Source of the DNA: Mesotoga infera
GTDB lineage: Bacteria; Thermotogota; Thermotogae; Petrotogales; Kosmotogaceae
DNA: 64,000 nucleotides
Reading direction: 5' to 3'
NCBI GenBank assembly: GCA_011045915.1
Contig: DSBT01000120.1
Coordinates: 7,220-71,219 of the forward strand
Shown here: positions 55,321-64,000 of the stretch, piece after piece
Numbering within the stretch: position 1 is the stretch's first letter
How the letters are laid out: each line of letters begins with the position of its first letter
Notes under the pieces: generated by a model
The model's input: only the letters and a program-made list of their open reading frames with translations
Told to the model about the DNA's origin: nothing
Database searches by the model: none
Translations under genes and position numbers: made by a program

Positions 55321-58020
55321 CTATTTCCAGATTATCTCATCGGCATCAGCATCTATAGGCTTCGCTTTTTGGATTACCCTCTGAGCAGTTCCTGTTCTAA
55401 CCAACACATTCTCTATTTTGACGCCATCGGTAAGATGCTTTGCTTCAATTGGCCCGAAGAATACTCTATTGACTTCCGAAATTCTCTCCTTCATCTCAAA
55501 AGGTCTTCCGCTCTTGAACAAGACATACCCTTGAATAGGAACTTGATTACTTATCTCAACAAACGATCTTCCGTCAGTGATGAAACTCTTTCCCATATAA
55601 TCTACTCTCCTGTAAGGCGCTATCCCCGTTCTCAAACAGGCAAGCGCCGTTGTTATCTCGAAATCAGTAGCTTCTCTGGAAATATCTGGCGGTTCAATTT
55701 CTGTCAAATTGAAGCCAAGAACCTCCACTTCCATCATTGCCCTGTCGACCAATGTGTCTCTCTCGCTTTTCTCAAGTGTCTCTTCCTTGTAACCAAATAC
55801 AGAGCGGATAGATTTGAGTTCGGGATCGACTCCCATCAAGGCGTCGTTCATTTTCTTCAACAATTCGTTTCTTTCTCCAAAATCATCTAGATAACCGCTT
55901 TTGATTAGCCTTTCAAGATCTCTTGCTTGGTATTTCGACCTGTTGTTTCTTACAAAGGTGAAGAAGGAATCCTCAACAGGAACAGGTCTCAGTTCATGGT
56001 TCTTAAGAAGTCTCGGAATGGAAAGAGATATACAGCCGGAGCTCTCCGAAGCATCTTTCCCTGCACATAGCTCCAAACCCTGATCCCTTATCTCTGAAAC
56101 GGCTCGCGGCAGGCTGTCCCGGGGAAGTTCGACCAATATAAGCGGGTAGAAGATCTCGGGACGGTTTGCCTTGAAGTACGCCAACCAATACGAAATCATT
56201 GCGTAGCTAAGACTGTGAGCCTTGTTGAATGCATATCCAGCAAAATTGACAAGGAAAGAGTACAGCTTCTCCCTTCTATCCGGTAGTAGTTCACGATAGC
56301 CAGGTGAACTTCGAAGCAGTCCATCCACAGCTTCTTTATCTTTCTTGGAAAGAGCTCTTCTAAGGAGCTCACCGTCATCAGCTTCCAGAGAGAGCATGCT
56401 CGCAGCAATCTTCAAAACCTGTTCCTGGTACACCAGAAGCCCACCGGTTTCCGCTAAAACAGGAACCTTTCTCTTCATCTTCTCAATCTCTGAGGGAGTT
56501 CTTGAAAGTCTTAGAAAACGCTCGGTAACTCCAGATTTGATTGGGCCAGGCCTATTAAGGGCTATAGAGATTGAAATGTCTCTTAGCGAAACAGGTTTAA
56601 CCGATCTCACGACCCTTGTCGCAAAAGGTGCATCGAGTTGGAATACTCCCGAAGTGTATCCTCTACCAAGAGCTTCATAAGTCTTGTGGTCATTCGTTGG
56701 GTAGTCCCACGGTTCTCTTTCCTTTGTCATTTCCTTCAGGAGAGACAGGTTCTTCAAACCGAGAAGATCAATCTTCTGCAACCCGACAATTCTAAGAGAA
56801 TCCATGTCCCATTGGGAAACTGCCAGGCTATCACTCGAATTGAGAGGTATAAGTCCCGTGAGAGGAGTATTAGAGAGAATTATTCCAGCCGGATGAATTG
56901 AAAATCCCGAATAGAGTCCAACGATAAGCTTCGACATTTCAAACAACTGTTTCATATCAACATCGTTTTCAAATGCATATGGAAATCGTTGCCCCTCCTT
57001 ACTCCAATCTATTAGTCTCGATACTCTCTGTCCATCGACCTCAAGCTTCCGTCCAATTTCCCGTGCAGCTCCTTTAAAACTGAAAGTTGAAGCAGTACTT
57101 ATCAGGCAGCAACGGTCATGGCCAAAATACTCGCCAAGTATCTTCAGGAGTCTCTGCCTGGATTTATCATCCACGTCGAGGTCAATGTCAGGTGGGTCAT
57201 TTCTCTTCAGACTAAGAAATCTTTCAAAGAAGAGCTCTTCCTCAACGGGATCAACGCGGGTTATACCAAGCAAATAGCTGACAAGTGAACCGGCGGCTGA
57301 ACCCCTTCCGGGACCTATCCAGCAATTATTGCTCTTCGCGATTTCAACAATCTTTGAGACCGTCAAGAAATAATCTTGAATATCTTTGGCAAGGATTACC
57401 GAAAGCTCTCTTTCAAGCCTTGCAGAGTATCTGTCTCCCAATTTCTTCGTTTCGACAATTCTTCGCAGAAGCGAAGCGAACTCTTCTGGTGATAATCTTA
57501 CTGGGAAAACATGATTTATCTTCTGAAAATGGAATTCTCCAGGTAGTCTTGAGAGCAGTTCATTCAGATCTTCCCTAATCTCTGTATAAAGCTTTTCATC
57601 TGGTAAAGAGTAATCAGCTGTTTCAATGGAAGACCCGAGCGAAGTATAGACTCTGAATCTCTCACTTTGATGATCAAGATAGCGACACTCCCAGATTGGA
57701 TTTTTTGAAGAACCGTCAAGATTACGTGGCTTTCCTTTTATGTTTATCAGGTTCTCAGAATCACGAAGAACACCACCGAGGAGTTCTCTGAAACCACTCT
57801 CGTTTCTTGCAATCCAGTACTCGTATCCCTTGCTCAGACCCGGCACGGTCACTATACCCGAACTGGAGAGAACAGAATGCCACTTCACAAAGGATGAGAG
57901 AGAGGAATCAAGAATCACACATCTTCTGTAACCTCTCTTCTTCAATTCTTCAGTCGTGTCCTTAATTTCAAGTACGGAACTGAACAACTCGTGCTTCGTG
58001 ATCAAGAAAGCCGTTTTCAT
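55321..58020 (-). CDS. dnaE: DNA polymerase III alpha subunit, short DnaE type with a degenerate PHP domain
   Basis: 899 aa. GPGRGSAAGSLVSYLLGITRVDP, PDIDLDVDD (catalytic Asp pair), IDLLGLKNL. The N-terminus FLITKHELFSS lacks the HxH metal motif. Confidence 0.85.
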   Translation of the reverse strand: MKTAFLITKHELFSSVLEIKDTTEELKKRGYRRCVILDSSLSSFVKWHSVLSSSGIVTVPGLSKGYEYWIARNESGFRELLGGVLRDSENLINIKGKPRNLDGSSKNPIWECRYLDHQSERFRVYTSLGSSIETADYSLPDEKLYTEIREDLNELLSRLPGEFHFQKINHVFPVRLSPEEFASLLRRIVETKKLGDRYSARLERELSVILAKDIQDYFLTVSKIVEIAKSNNCWIGPGRGSAAGSLVSYLLGITRVDPVEEELFFERFLSLKRNDPPDIDLDVDDKSRQRLLKILGEYFGHDRCCLISTASTFSFKGAAREIGRKLEVDGQRVSRLIDWSKEGQRFPYAFENDVDMKQLFEMSKLIVGLYSGFSIHPAGIILSNTPLTGLIPLNSSDSLAVSQWDMDSLRIVGLQKIDLLGLKNLSLLKEMTKEREPWDYPTNDHKTYEALGRGYTSGVFQLDAPFATRVVRSVKPVSLRDISISIALNRPGPIKSGVTERFLRLSRTPSEIEKMKRKVPVLAETGGLLVYQEQVLKIAASMLSLEADDGELLRRALSKKDKEAVDGLLRSSPGYRELLPDRREKLYSFLVNFAGYAFNKAHSLSYAMISYWLAYFKANRPEIFYPLILVELPRDSLPRAVSEIRDQGLELCAGKDASESSGCISLSIPRLLKNHELRPVPVEDSFFTFVRNNRSKYQARDLERLIKSGYLDDFGERNELLKKMNDALMGVDPELKSIRSVFGYKEETLEKSERDTLVDRAMMEVEVLGFNLTEIEPPDISREATDFEITTALACLRTGIAPYRRVDYMGKSFITDGRSFVEISNQVPIQGYVLFKSGRPFEMKERISEVNRVFFGPIEAKHLTDGVKIENVLVRTGTAQRVIQKAKPIDADADEIIWK

Positions 58021-58949
58021 CTTTTTGTCACCAGCTCCGACAGGTTCACCAATACTTCCTTCATATCGGAGGGGAGTGGGGCAACAAAAGTCATTCTCTT
58101 CCCCGAGCGAGGGTGAGATACTGTGAGTCTCACCGCATGAAGCATCTGCCTCCTGACTCCGAATATCTCATCGTCTCTAGCCTTGCCGTAAACGGCGTCT
58201 CCAAGAAGCGGGAAACCCATTTCTCTCATATGTACCCTGATTTGATGTGTCCTGCCGGTTTTAGGACTTACAAAAACCAAAGAGGCGATTTCAGAAAAAC
58301 TCTTCAGAGTTCGATAATATGTTAGAGACTCCTTACCACTTTCATTTACTGACATCTTTAGTCTGTTCACAGGATGGCGGGCAATCGAATAATCAATCTT
58401 GCCGGATATTGGGGTCTTGCCTCTAACAAGTGCTATGTAATCCTTGGAAGTCAATCTGTTCTTGAACTGACTTGAGAGAGAGAGATGAGCAAGATCATTC
58501 TTTGCCACAATTATTACACCGCTGGTATCTTTATCTAATCTGTGAACAATACCGGGTCTCATCACACCTCCAATACCCTGGAGATCCATACAGTGGTTTA
58601 GGAGAGCATTTACGAGTGTTCCAGTCTGTTTTCTGGGCAAAGGATGAACAATTATGCCCGGGTCCTTGTTCACGACGATTATGTCGCGATCTTCGAAGAC
58701 AATATTAAGGGGGATTTCTTCAGGTTCTACAGACAGAACCTCTGGTTTGTCGGGAAGCTCAAAAGTAATTGATTCTCCTGTTCTTGCTTTGTAGGCAGGT
58801 TTTTTGGGTTTCCCGTCCACAAAAACCTTCGATTCTTTTATCTGGCGCTGCACAAATGTGCGGGAAACCCATGGTGGAGCCTTCTCAACGACTATCTTAT
58901 CAAGTCTCCAGCCGTCCTCACGACTGGAGACTATTATCTCTTGAAGCAC
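58017..58949 (-). CDS. rluD: RluA/RluD-family 23S rRNA pseudouridine synthase
   Basis: S4-like N-terminus (WRLDKIV...) and catalytic HRLDKDTSGVIIVAK. I prefer the GTG start at 58949. The ORF-track start 59015 would overlap lspA by 98 nt. Confidence 0.85.
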   Translation of the reverse strand: MLQEIIVSSREDGWRLDKIVVEKAPPWVSRTFVQRQIKESKVFVDGKPKKPAYKARTGESITFELPDKPEVLSVEPEEIPLNIVFEDRDIIVVNKDPGIIVHPLPRKQTGTLVNALLNHCMDLQGIGGVMRPGIVHRLDKDTSGVIIVAKNDLAHLSLSSQFKNRLTSKDYIALVRGKTPISGKIDYSIARHPVNRLKMSVNESGKESLTYYRTLKSFSEIASLVFVSPKTGRTHQIRVHMREMGFPLLGDAVYGKARDDEIFGVRRQMLHAVRLTVSHPRSGKRMTFVAPLPSDMKEVLVNLSELVTKR

Positions 58950-59394
58950 GTTTCTCCCTTCGATATACGGAAAGTGTAAGTAAGGCCGCACCAAAGACAA
59001 TGCACATGTCTGCAAAATTGAAGATCGCAGGGAACCCCTTTAGTTCAAAGAAATCAACAACGTGCCCTAATCTCAGTCTGTCTATTACATTGTTACCTAG
59101 TGCACCACCAACAATCAGGCCAACAAAGAAGGACTCCCATCTGGATAGTTTGGAGGAATGAAAACTCGAAGCAATTACTATCGCTAATACGATTCCAATA
59201 GCAACAAAAGCCAGAAGCAAAGGCTCCTGATTATTAAAAAGGCCAAATGCCACACCTGTATTTCTCACATATCTTAAGCCAAAAATTCCTCCGACCAAAT
59301 CTATTCGCTGAAAATATGTCATTCCATTCTCGACAAAATACTTGCTAACTTGATCAAGAATCAAAGCCAGAGTAATCCCAAGAAGAGACAGCAA
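58918..59394 (-). CDS. lspA: Lipoprotein signal peptidase (signal peptidase II)
   Basis: 158 aa. NTGVAFG, GNNVIDRLRLGHVVDF, FNFADM. Confidence 0.9.
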   Translation of the reverse strand: MLSLLGITLALILDQVSKYFVENGMTYFQRIDLVGGIFGLRYVRNTGVAFGLFNNQEPLLLAFVAIGIVLAIVIASSFHSSKLSRWESFFVGLIVGGALGNNVIDRLRLGHVVDFFELKGFPAIFNFADMCIVFGAALLTLSVYRREKRASRDNSLQS

Positions 59395-59434
59395 TTATTA
59401 TCACTCCACAAATTGCCCGAAAGGGCAGAGAGGA

Positions 59435-60193
59435 TCAACCCATCTGCTCGGCGAGAGCCTCCATTTCGGCTTCATCGATATCTGAATTGTCGTAGATCTC
59501 CTGAACATCGTCGTTATCTTCAAGAATGTCGAGAAGCTTGAAGAGCTTACCGGCATCTGAACCCTCAACTTTCAGCGTGTTGCTTGGAATGTAACTCATA
59601 TCGTAAGACAATGAATAGCCGTTCTCCTCAAGGGCAGTCTTTACATCCGATACGGAGTCCGGAGAGGTAACTATCTCAATTGGATCTGCTTCGTCCTTTA
59701 TATCCTCGGCCCCTGCCTCTATAGCAAGAAGCTGAAACTCTTCGAGATCAGAAATCTGTTCTTTTGCTACGGTAATTATTCCCTTTCTTTCAAACATCCA
59801 ACTCACTGCGCCGCTTTCGGCCATCGAGCCTCCGTATTTCGAAAGCGTGTGCCTAATTTCCTGAGCGGTTCTGTTCTTATTATCAGTAAGACATCTTATC
59901 AGAAGTGCAACACCGCCTGGGGCGTATCCTTCGTAAAGAGCCTCAGAGAACGACTGGCCTTCGAGTTCCCCTGCGCCTTTCTTGATTGCTTTTTCCATCG
60001 TGTCTTTAGGCATATTTGCTGCTCTCGCCTTTTCTATAGCTGTCCTCAAAGAGGTGTTGGTGTTTGGATCAGAACCACCCTCTCTTGCCGAGACCATAAG
60101 CTCTCTAATGATCTTCGTGAAAACCTTTGATCTCTTGGCGTCTTGAGCGCCCTTTCTGTGCTTGATATTTGCCCACTTGTTATGACCGGACAT
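59435..60193 (-). CDS. yebC: YebC/PmpR-family DNA-binding regulator
   Basis: [27 protein letters not shown]... Confidence 0.95.
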   Translation of the reverse strand: MSGHNKWANIKHRKGAQDAKRSKVFTKIIRELMVSAREGGSDPNTNTSLRTAIEKARAANMPKDTMEKAIKKGAGELEGQSFSEALYEGYAPGGVALLIRCLTDNKNRTAQEIRHTLSKYGGSMAESGAVSWMFERKGIITVAKEQISDLEEFQLLAIEAGAEDIKDEADPIEIVTSPDSVSDVKTALEENGYSLSYDMSYIPSNTLKVEGSDAGKLFKLLDILEDNDDVQEIYDNSDIDEAEMEALAEQMG

Positions 60194-60194
60194 A

Positions 60195-60857
60195 TCATAT
60201 CCCTCCTATTTCATCCAGAATATTTGAAGTATTTTTCCCACGAAGTTGCCCTTCTTCCACAAAAACAATTACCCCTTCATGAGAAGCGGTGCCTTCTTTC
60301 GACAAAATCTTTAGCATTTCCTCCGCTGGAACCATTGAGTCTACTGGCTGAGAATATTTTACCATATAGACAGTTTTCAAGGTGGTCACTGAGATATCCT
60401 GAAACACGTCTCCTGCCAGGTAATCTCTTTGCCCGCTCTTGGTCTTTTTTTTGACTTCAGCGCCTGCATCATAGAGATTAGGATCATAGAGGTCTTTAGG
60501 AAGTAGGAGAACCATTCTGTAGGCATCGATGAAATCTTCAATTCTTTTGTGTTCGGAAGACAGATACCATGACGATAGAGCGCGAAGGGTATAATTGGCT
60601 GTGGAGTTCAACAGACTCATGGGATTACTGCATTTTTCATCTGTTTCAAGAAGGACATAGTGCGCCAGACTTGCCACTCCAGTTGGAATTGCTGGCGAAT
60701 AACTCACTTTTATTCTGGGATGAAATCCCTGTGTAAAAGAAATGGGCAAGCCAGATCTCCTGATTGTCCGTTCAATTGCTGTGACGGTTTCCTGGTGGGA
60801 AAGAAATCTCATGAGACCTCCACAGCAGAAGCGAACTATCAATCTCTTATTGTTCAA
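60195..60857 (-). CDS. DUF2344 (TIGR03936-like, radical-SAM-associated) protein
   Basis: [51 protein letters not shown] start after GGAGG. Confidence 0.65.
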   Translation of the reverse strand: MNNKRLIVRFCCGGLMRFLSHQETVTAIERTIRRSGLPISFTQGFHPRIKVSYSPAIPTGVASLAHYVLLETDEKCSNPMSLLNSTANYTLRALSSWYLSSEHKRIEDFIDAYRMVLLLPKDLYDPNLYDAGAEVKKKTKSGQRDYLAGDVFQDISVTTLKTVYMVKYSQPVDSMVPAEEMLKILSKEGTASHEGVIVFVEEGQLRGKNTSNILDEIGGI

Positions 60858-60890
60858 ACAAACCTCCGCAGGCTTCAGATCCGTAACCCT

Positions 60891-60919
60891 TTGTCTCTCG
60901 GGACACGTGCAGTTATAAT
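60891..60919 (+). promoter_or_regulatory. Candidate promoter for yfcE-like gene
   Basis: TTGTCT (60891-60896), 17 nt, then TATAAT (60914-60919). It lies 58 nt upstream of the ATG at 60978. Confidence 0.4.
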
Positions 60920-60977
60920 TGTATTCGATACACCTTCACTTTTCAACACCAAATGCAAACGCTGAGAGGTGAGTTAT

Positions 60978-61451
60978 ATGAAATGGATGATAATGTCGGA
61001 CTCTCATGACAACATGACAAGAATCGCCGAAGCTGTGAGTCTCGCAGTTGACAGAGAAGTTGATGTTCTCTTTCATTGCGGAGATATCGTTTCACCTTTC
61101 GCTGCTCGAGAGCTACTTCGGTTCAGTGGAGAACTCCATGTAATCATAGGAAACAATGACGGAGAGCTGCTCGGCCTCAAGAGCCTGCTTGGGAGTTCCC
61201 TAATCAAAGGCCCGAAGGAGATCGAGGTAGACGGCCATAGGGTTATTCTAATGCATGAGCCTTTCGGACTGAAAGATACATTGAGAGCTGATTTTATTTT
61301 TTACGGCCATACACATAAGCTCGATATTAGGCTGGATTCTAGTCCCGTGGTTTTAAATCCTGGTGAAACATGCGGCTATCTAACTGGAAGACAAACCGTT
61401 GTAATAATGGATCCGAAGAATCTTAAGTACGAGTTGATTGAACTCAGATGA
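60978..61451 (+). CDS. YfcE/MJ0936-family metallophosphoesterase
   Basis: MIMSDSHDN, HCGDI, GNNDG, GHTH. Start at MKWMIM after GAGAGGTGAG. The ORF-track start is 60969. Confidence 0.85.
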   Translation: MKWMIMSDSHDNMTRIAEAVSLAVDREVDVLFHCGDIVSPFAARELLRFSGELHVIIGNNDGELLGLKSLLGSSLIKGPKEIEVDGHRVILMHEPFGLKDTLRADFIFYGHTHKLDIRLDSSPVVLNPGETCGYLTGRQTVVIMDPKNLKYELIELR

Positions 61452-61502
61452 GACAAAGGTTAATTATAACATCTCTTTAACCGCGACAAATCGACAGATA
61501 AG

Positions 61503-61508
61503 TATAAT
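61503..61508 (+). promoter_or_regulatory. Candidate -10 box (TATAAT) upstream of tig
   Basis: TATAAT lies 45 nt upstream of the tig GTG. The -35 is weak. Confidence 0.25.
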
Positions 61509-61553
61509 TAAACGACATAAAAAAAAACAGTACCTGAATGGAGGTAATTCCCA

Positions 61554-62858
61554 GTGGAGAAAAACTTTGTGAAGAAAGAAGAGAATGTTGAAACCTTTCT
61601 TTTTTCCTTTGGTTCGGAAGAGGTTAGGAAGGCAGAAATGGACGTTGGAAGATACGTGAATCAGCAGTACACAATACCGGGCTTCAGGAAGGGAAAGGTG
61701 CCTCTGAACATAGTGAGAAACTTCCTTGCAGAGAGCTTTGAAGAGATGGTTCTTGAAGTCCTCTCAGATAGAATCGAGGAAGAACTGAAGGAAGAGAAAA
61801 TCCTAATCCCAGCAGTTATTACTGATCAGAAGATGGAGGGAGAAGGTGCAAGAATCGAAGTGAAGCTTCACAGAGATCCGGAAGTCAAGATTCTCGACTA
61901 TGAAAACCTTGATCTCAAAGTCCCAAAGAAGGATGAAGTAGTACTCAATTATGTGAACAATAGGCTGGAAGAACTTAGAAACGAACACGCTATAGTGGAG
62001 CCAAAAGAGGGGCCGGTTAGAAATGGCGACATAGTCAAGATAGAATACACAATAATTAAAGACGGCAAGAAAATTGCTGAAAACAAAGTTCAGGAGCTGA
62101 CAATTGCTCCCGAAGACGACAGGCCGATTGTCAAAAATGTGATTGGTAAGGCAAAGGGTGACGTGGTTGAATTTGACAGAACATTCGAAGACTCTGACAA
62201 TGAATACTTCTATTCGGTTAAAATATTGGATGTTCTCAGCAAGAGTCCATTAGATCTTGACGATGAATTCGCGAAGACTGTGAACGCCGAGGCCAACTCT
62301 CTCGAAGAGCTCAAACGGATTGTCGAGAAGGAGGGAGTGGAGTCCTTCTTGAACTGGCAGAAGGACTTTTTGAGACAGCAGGCTATGGACAAGATCAACG
62401 ATCTGGTTGAAATAGAAATCTCTGACTCAACGCTCGATTATTTCGTTCAGAGGACTATAGAAAACTCGAAGAAAGAGAAGAGCTATGATAACTACTTGAA
62501 ACAGGCCGGAAGCGAAGAAAAGCTTCTAGAAAACTTCAGAAGTGGTGTCTTTGATGAGATAAAGAAATCAAGATTCATTGACGAAATCGCTTCGAAGGAA
62601 GGCTTCAAAGCCGAACAAGAGGAAATTGAAGCTTATGCGGAGGAAATGGCACCGTACTGGGGCATATCTGCCGACAGAGCAAGAGAGATGGTTGCTTCTC
62701 GTGAAGACATCAAGGAAGACATCATTTCAACCATAATTAGAAATAAAGTTCTTGATTCAGTAATTGAGCGCGCTGCAATCAGTGAAATGGAACCATCAAC
62801 TGAAAAAGAAGAGAAAGATGGTGAAAGCAGTTCCGGAGAGGATTCTTCTCAGCAATAG
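61554..62858 (+). CDS. tig: Trigger factor
   Basis: 434 aa. IPGFRKGKVP ribosome-binding signature. Acidic C-terminal tail. GTG start after GGAGGT. Confidence 0.9.
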   Translation: MEKNFVKKEENVETFLFSFGSEEVRKAEMDVGRYVNQQYTIPGFRKGKVPLNIVRNFLAESFEEMVLEVLSDRIEEELKEEKILIPAVITDQKMEGEGARIEVKLHRDPEVKILDYENLDLKVPKKDEVVLNYVNNRLEELRNEHAIVEPKEGPVRNGDIVKIEYTIIKDGKKIAENKVQELTIAPEDDRPIVKNVIGKAKGDVVEFDRTFEDSDNEYFYSVKILDVLSKSPLDLDDEFAKTVNAEANSLEELKRIVEKEGVESFLNWQKDFLRQQAMDKINDLVEIEISDSTLDYFVQRTIENSKKEKSYDNYLKQAGSEEKLLENFRSGVFDEIKKSRFIDEIASKEGFKAEQEEIEAYAEEMAPYWGISADRAREMVASREDIKEDIISTIIRNKVLDSVIERAAISEMEPSTEKEEKDGESSSGEDSSQQ

Positions 62859-62930
62859 GCAGTTAGCTCTTTTGTGATTTGTGATCTGTCTTGCACGAAA
62901 CGTCTTGGCGAGTCAAAAGAGGGGGTTGAT

Positions 62931-63818
62931 ATGAAGAAAAGAGTAGTTCTAATGTCGGTGGCTGCAGCCTCTGCGGTTGCACTGTTTTTCTTTTTGAGAG
63001 CAGTATTCAGCGGCGAACTGATACTAAATCCCATTATTGTGGAAAGTCTTGGCCCCTTTTCAATCAGATGGTATGGAGTGATGATTGCTGCAGGAATAAT
63101 CGTTGCATATGTTCTAGGAAGGCATCAGGGCCTCAAAGAAGGAATTAAGGAAGATTACATGATTGAAGGAGTCTTCATTGGCATAATCTTCGGGGTGTTG
63201 GGCGCCAGAATCTACTATGTCGTCTTCAACTATGAGATATACAAAGGGGATTTCTGGAGCATTTTCAGAACCTGGGACGGAGGACTAGCAATTCATGGGG
63301 CTTTTTTCGCAGCTCTAATCGTCACGTTCCTTTACGTCAAGCTGAGAAAAAAGGCTGAACTGAGATTTCTTCAGGTTACAGATATCTTCACGGCCGTGTT
63401 GCCACTAGCTCAGGCCATAGGTCGCTGGGGAAATTTCCTCAATTACGAGGCCTACGGTTCGCCAACCAATCTTCCATGGAGAATGTTCGTTCCCTTGAGA
63501 TATCGTATGCCCGGTTATTCTGGATACGAATACTTTCATCCGACCTTTCTCTACGAGAGCCTTGCAAATGTAGTCATATTTTCGTTTCTTTATTGGTATC
63601 TGGGAAAGAGAAGAAATTTTGGTGAGGTCACGGCACTATACATGATCTTCTACTCGATCGTGAGATTCTTTGTTGAAGGGTTGAGATTGGACAGCCTGTA
63701 CATAGGAAAGACGGATGTCAGAACGGCTCAAGTTGTCTCGGTGGTTCTTCTTTTCGCCGGAATCGCTCTCTTTATACTTTCTCGTCACAAAGGCAAACCA
63801 GTGAAAAAAGCCTCTTGA
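62931..63818 (+). CDS. lgt: Prolipoprotein diacylglyceryl transferase
   Basis: IRWYGVMIAAG, GARIYYV, WDGGLAIHG, GRWGNFLNYEAYG. Start at MKKRVV after AGAGGGGG. The ORF-track start is 62874. Confidence 0.9.
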   Translation: MKKRVVLMSVAAASAVALFFFLRAVFSGELILNPIIVESLGPFSIRWYGVMIAAGIIVAYVLGRHQGLKEGIKEDYMIEGVFIGIIFGVLGARIYYVVFNYEIYKGDFWSIFRTWDGGLAIHGAFFAALIVTFLYVKLRKKAELRFLQVTDIFTAVLPLAQAIGRWGNFLNYEAYGSPTNLPWRMFVPLRYRMPGYSGYEYFHPTFLYESLANVVIFSFLYWYLGKRRNFGEVTALYMIFYSIVRFFVEGLRLDSLYIGKTDVRTAQVVSVVLLFAGIALFILSRHKGKPVKKAS

Positions 63819-64000
63819 AGGCATTGGATCTATGAGAGAGTCTCTTCTTTACCGAGTCACCGAGAACGGCGAATGTATCAGAATAGCCTCTGGGGATGAA
63901 TATCGGATCGTAGCCGAACCCCCCGGTTCCGGAAATTCTTCTGGATATTGTCCCATCTACTTTTCCTTCAACACCAAGTAATGTAGAGTTCAAAGGATCA
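63772..64000 (-). CDS. rdgB: RdgB/HAM1-family non-canonical purine NTP pyrophosphatase, C-terminal part (5' end beyond the window)
   Basis: GTGGFGYDPIFIPRGYSDTFAVLG...KKRLSHRSNAFKRL. Overlaps the lgt 3' end convergently. Confidence 0.8.
   Translation of the reverse strand, partial: DPLNSTLLGVEGKVDGTISRRISGTGGFGYDPIFIPRGYSDTFAVLGDSVKKRLSHRSNAFKRLFSLVCLCDEKV

Noticed and set aside
59395-59434. A small hairpin, TGCCC-GAAA-GGGCA, between yebC and lspA as a possible terminator.
   Set aside because: The stem is only 5 bp and the downstream U content is poor. Not distinguishable from chance.
61452-61480. The inverted repeat GGTTAA...TTAACC after yfcE as a possible terminator.
   Set aside because: A 6-bp AT-rich stem with a 13-nt loop and no U-tract. 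Thermodynamically negligible.
61519-61527. An A9 homopolymer in the tig 5' region, plus T8 runs at about 10344 and about 45760. Possible slippage or phase-variation sites.
   Set aside because: They are single short tracts. The two in coding sequence are in frame within housekeeping genes (lysine codons). There is no evidence of contingency-locus organisation.
1-64000. Searched by eye for CRISPR-like direct repeats, IS inverted repeats, integrase or transposase genes, toxin-antitoxin pairs and defence genes.
   Set aside because: None seen. Every ORF over 60 aa on the coding strand is either a recognisable housekeeping gene or one of four context-embedded hypotheticals.

Overview
This window is a compact, gene-dense stretch of bacterial core chromosome, about 45% GC by eye. 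EF-Tu, RpoA, a Cys4 L24, type-Z S14 and a short DnaE resemble Thermotoga-type sequences as I remember them, so a Thermotogota relative (Mesotoga/Kosmotoga-like) is my inference. Almost everything from 1 to 50.7 kb is on the minus strand.

Gene content in minus-strand transcription order (high to low coordinate):
- dnaN, a divergent ispF-like gene, then a type IV pilus assembly block: pilC, a leaderless pseudopilin, pilM/N/O, a PilP-like gene and a giant PilQ-like gene that runs off the window start.
- A ROK glucokinase, then rho with a ~128-aa charged N-terminal extension, and tal. The lone plus-strand gene in this stretch, nfi, converges on the glucokinase.
- The complete str, S10, spc and alpha ribosomal operons: rpsL-rpsG-fusA-tuf, rpsJ to rpsQ, rplN to secY-adk-map-infA-rpmJ, and rpsM-rpsK-rpsD-rpoA-rplQ.
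- A truncated dcw fragment (rsmH-ftsL-ftsI) followed by holA.
- prfB (no frameshift) and secA.
- A long housekeeping array that includes pgcA, gatC, a GalT-family gene and glgA.
- uppP and a CBS-ACT protein.

From 50.7 kb the strands are mixed: a tandem-HD protein, aspC, two unknown ORFs, comB, a histidine phosphatase, a short dnaE, rluD, lspA, yebC, a DUF2344 protein, yfcE, tig, lgt and a partial rdgB.

I found no rRNA, tRNA, CRISPR array, IS or transposase, prophage or defence genes, and no intergenic gap exceeds about 140 nt. I do not see a convincing new multi-gene system. The observations most worth follow-up:
- The pilus/secretin operon fused behind dnaN, with a leaderless pilin and an IspF-like protein that has degenerate motifs.
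- A probable ATT start for ftsI.
- The glgA / GalT-like / pgcA linkage without glgC.
- The fused dead-plus-live HD protein.
- The N-terminal extension of Rho.

All function calls come from reading the translated ORFs against remembered family motifs. No database search was run.
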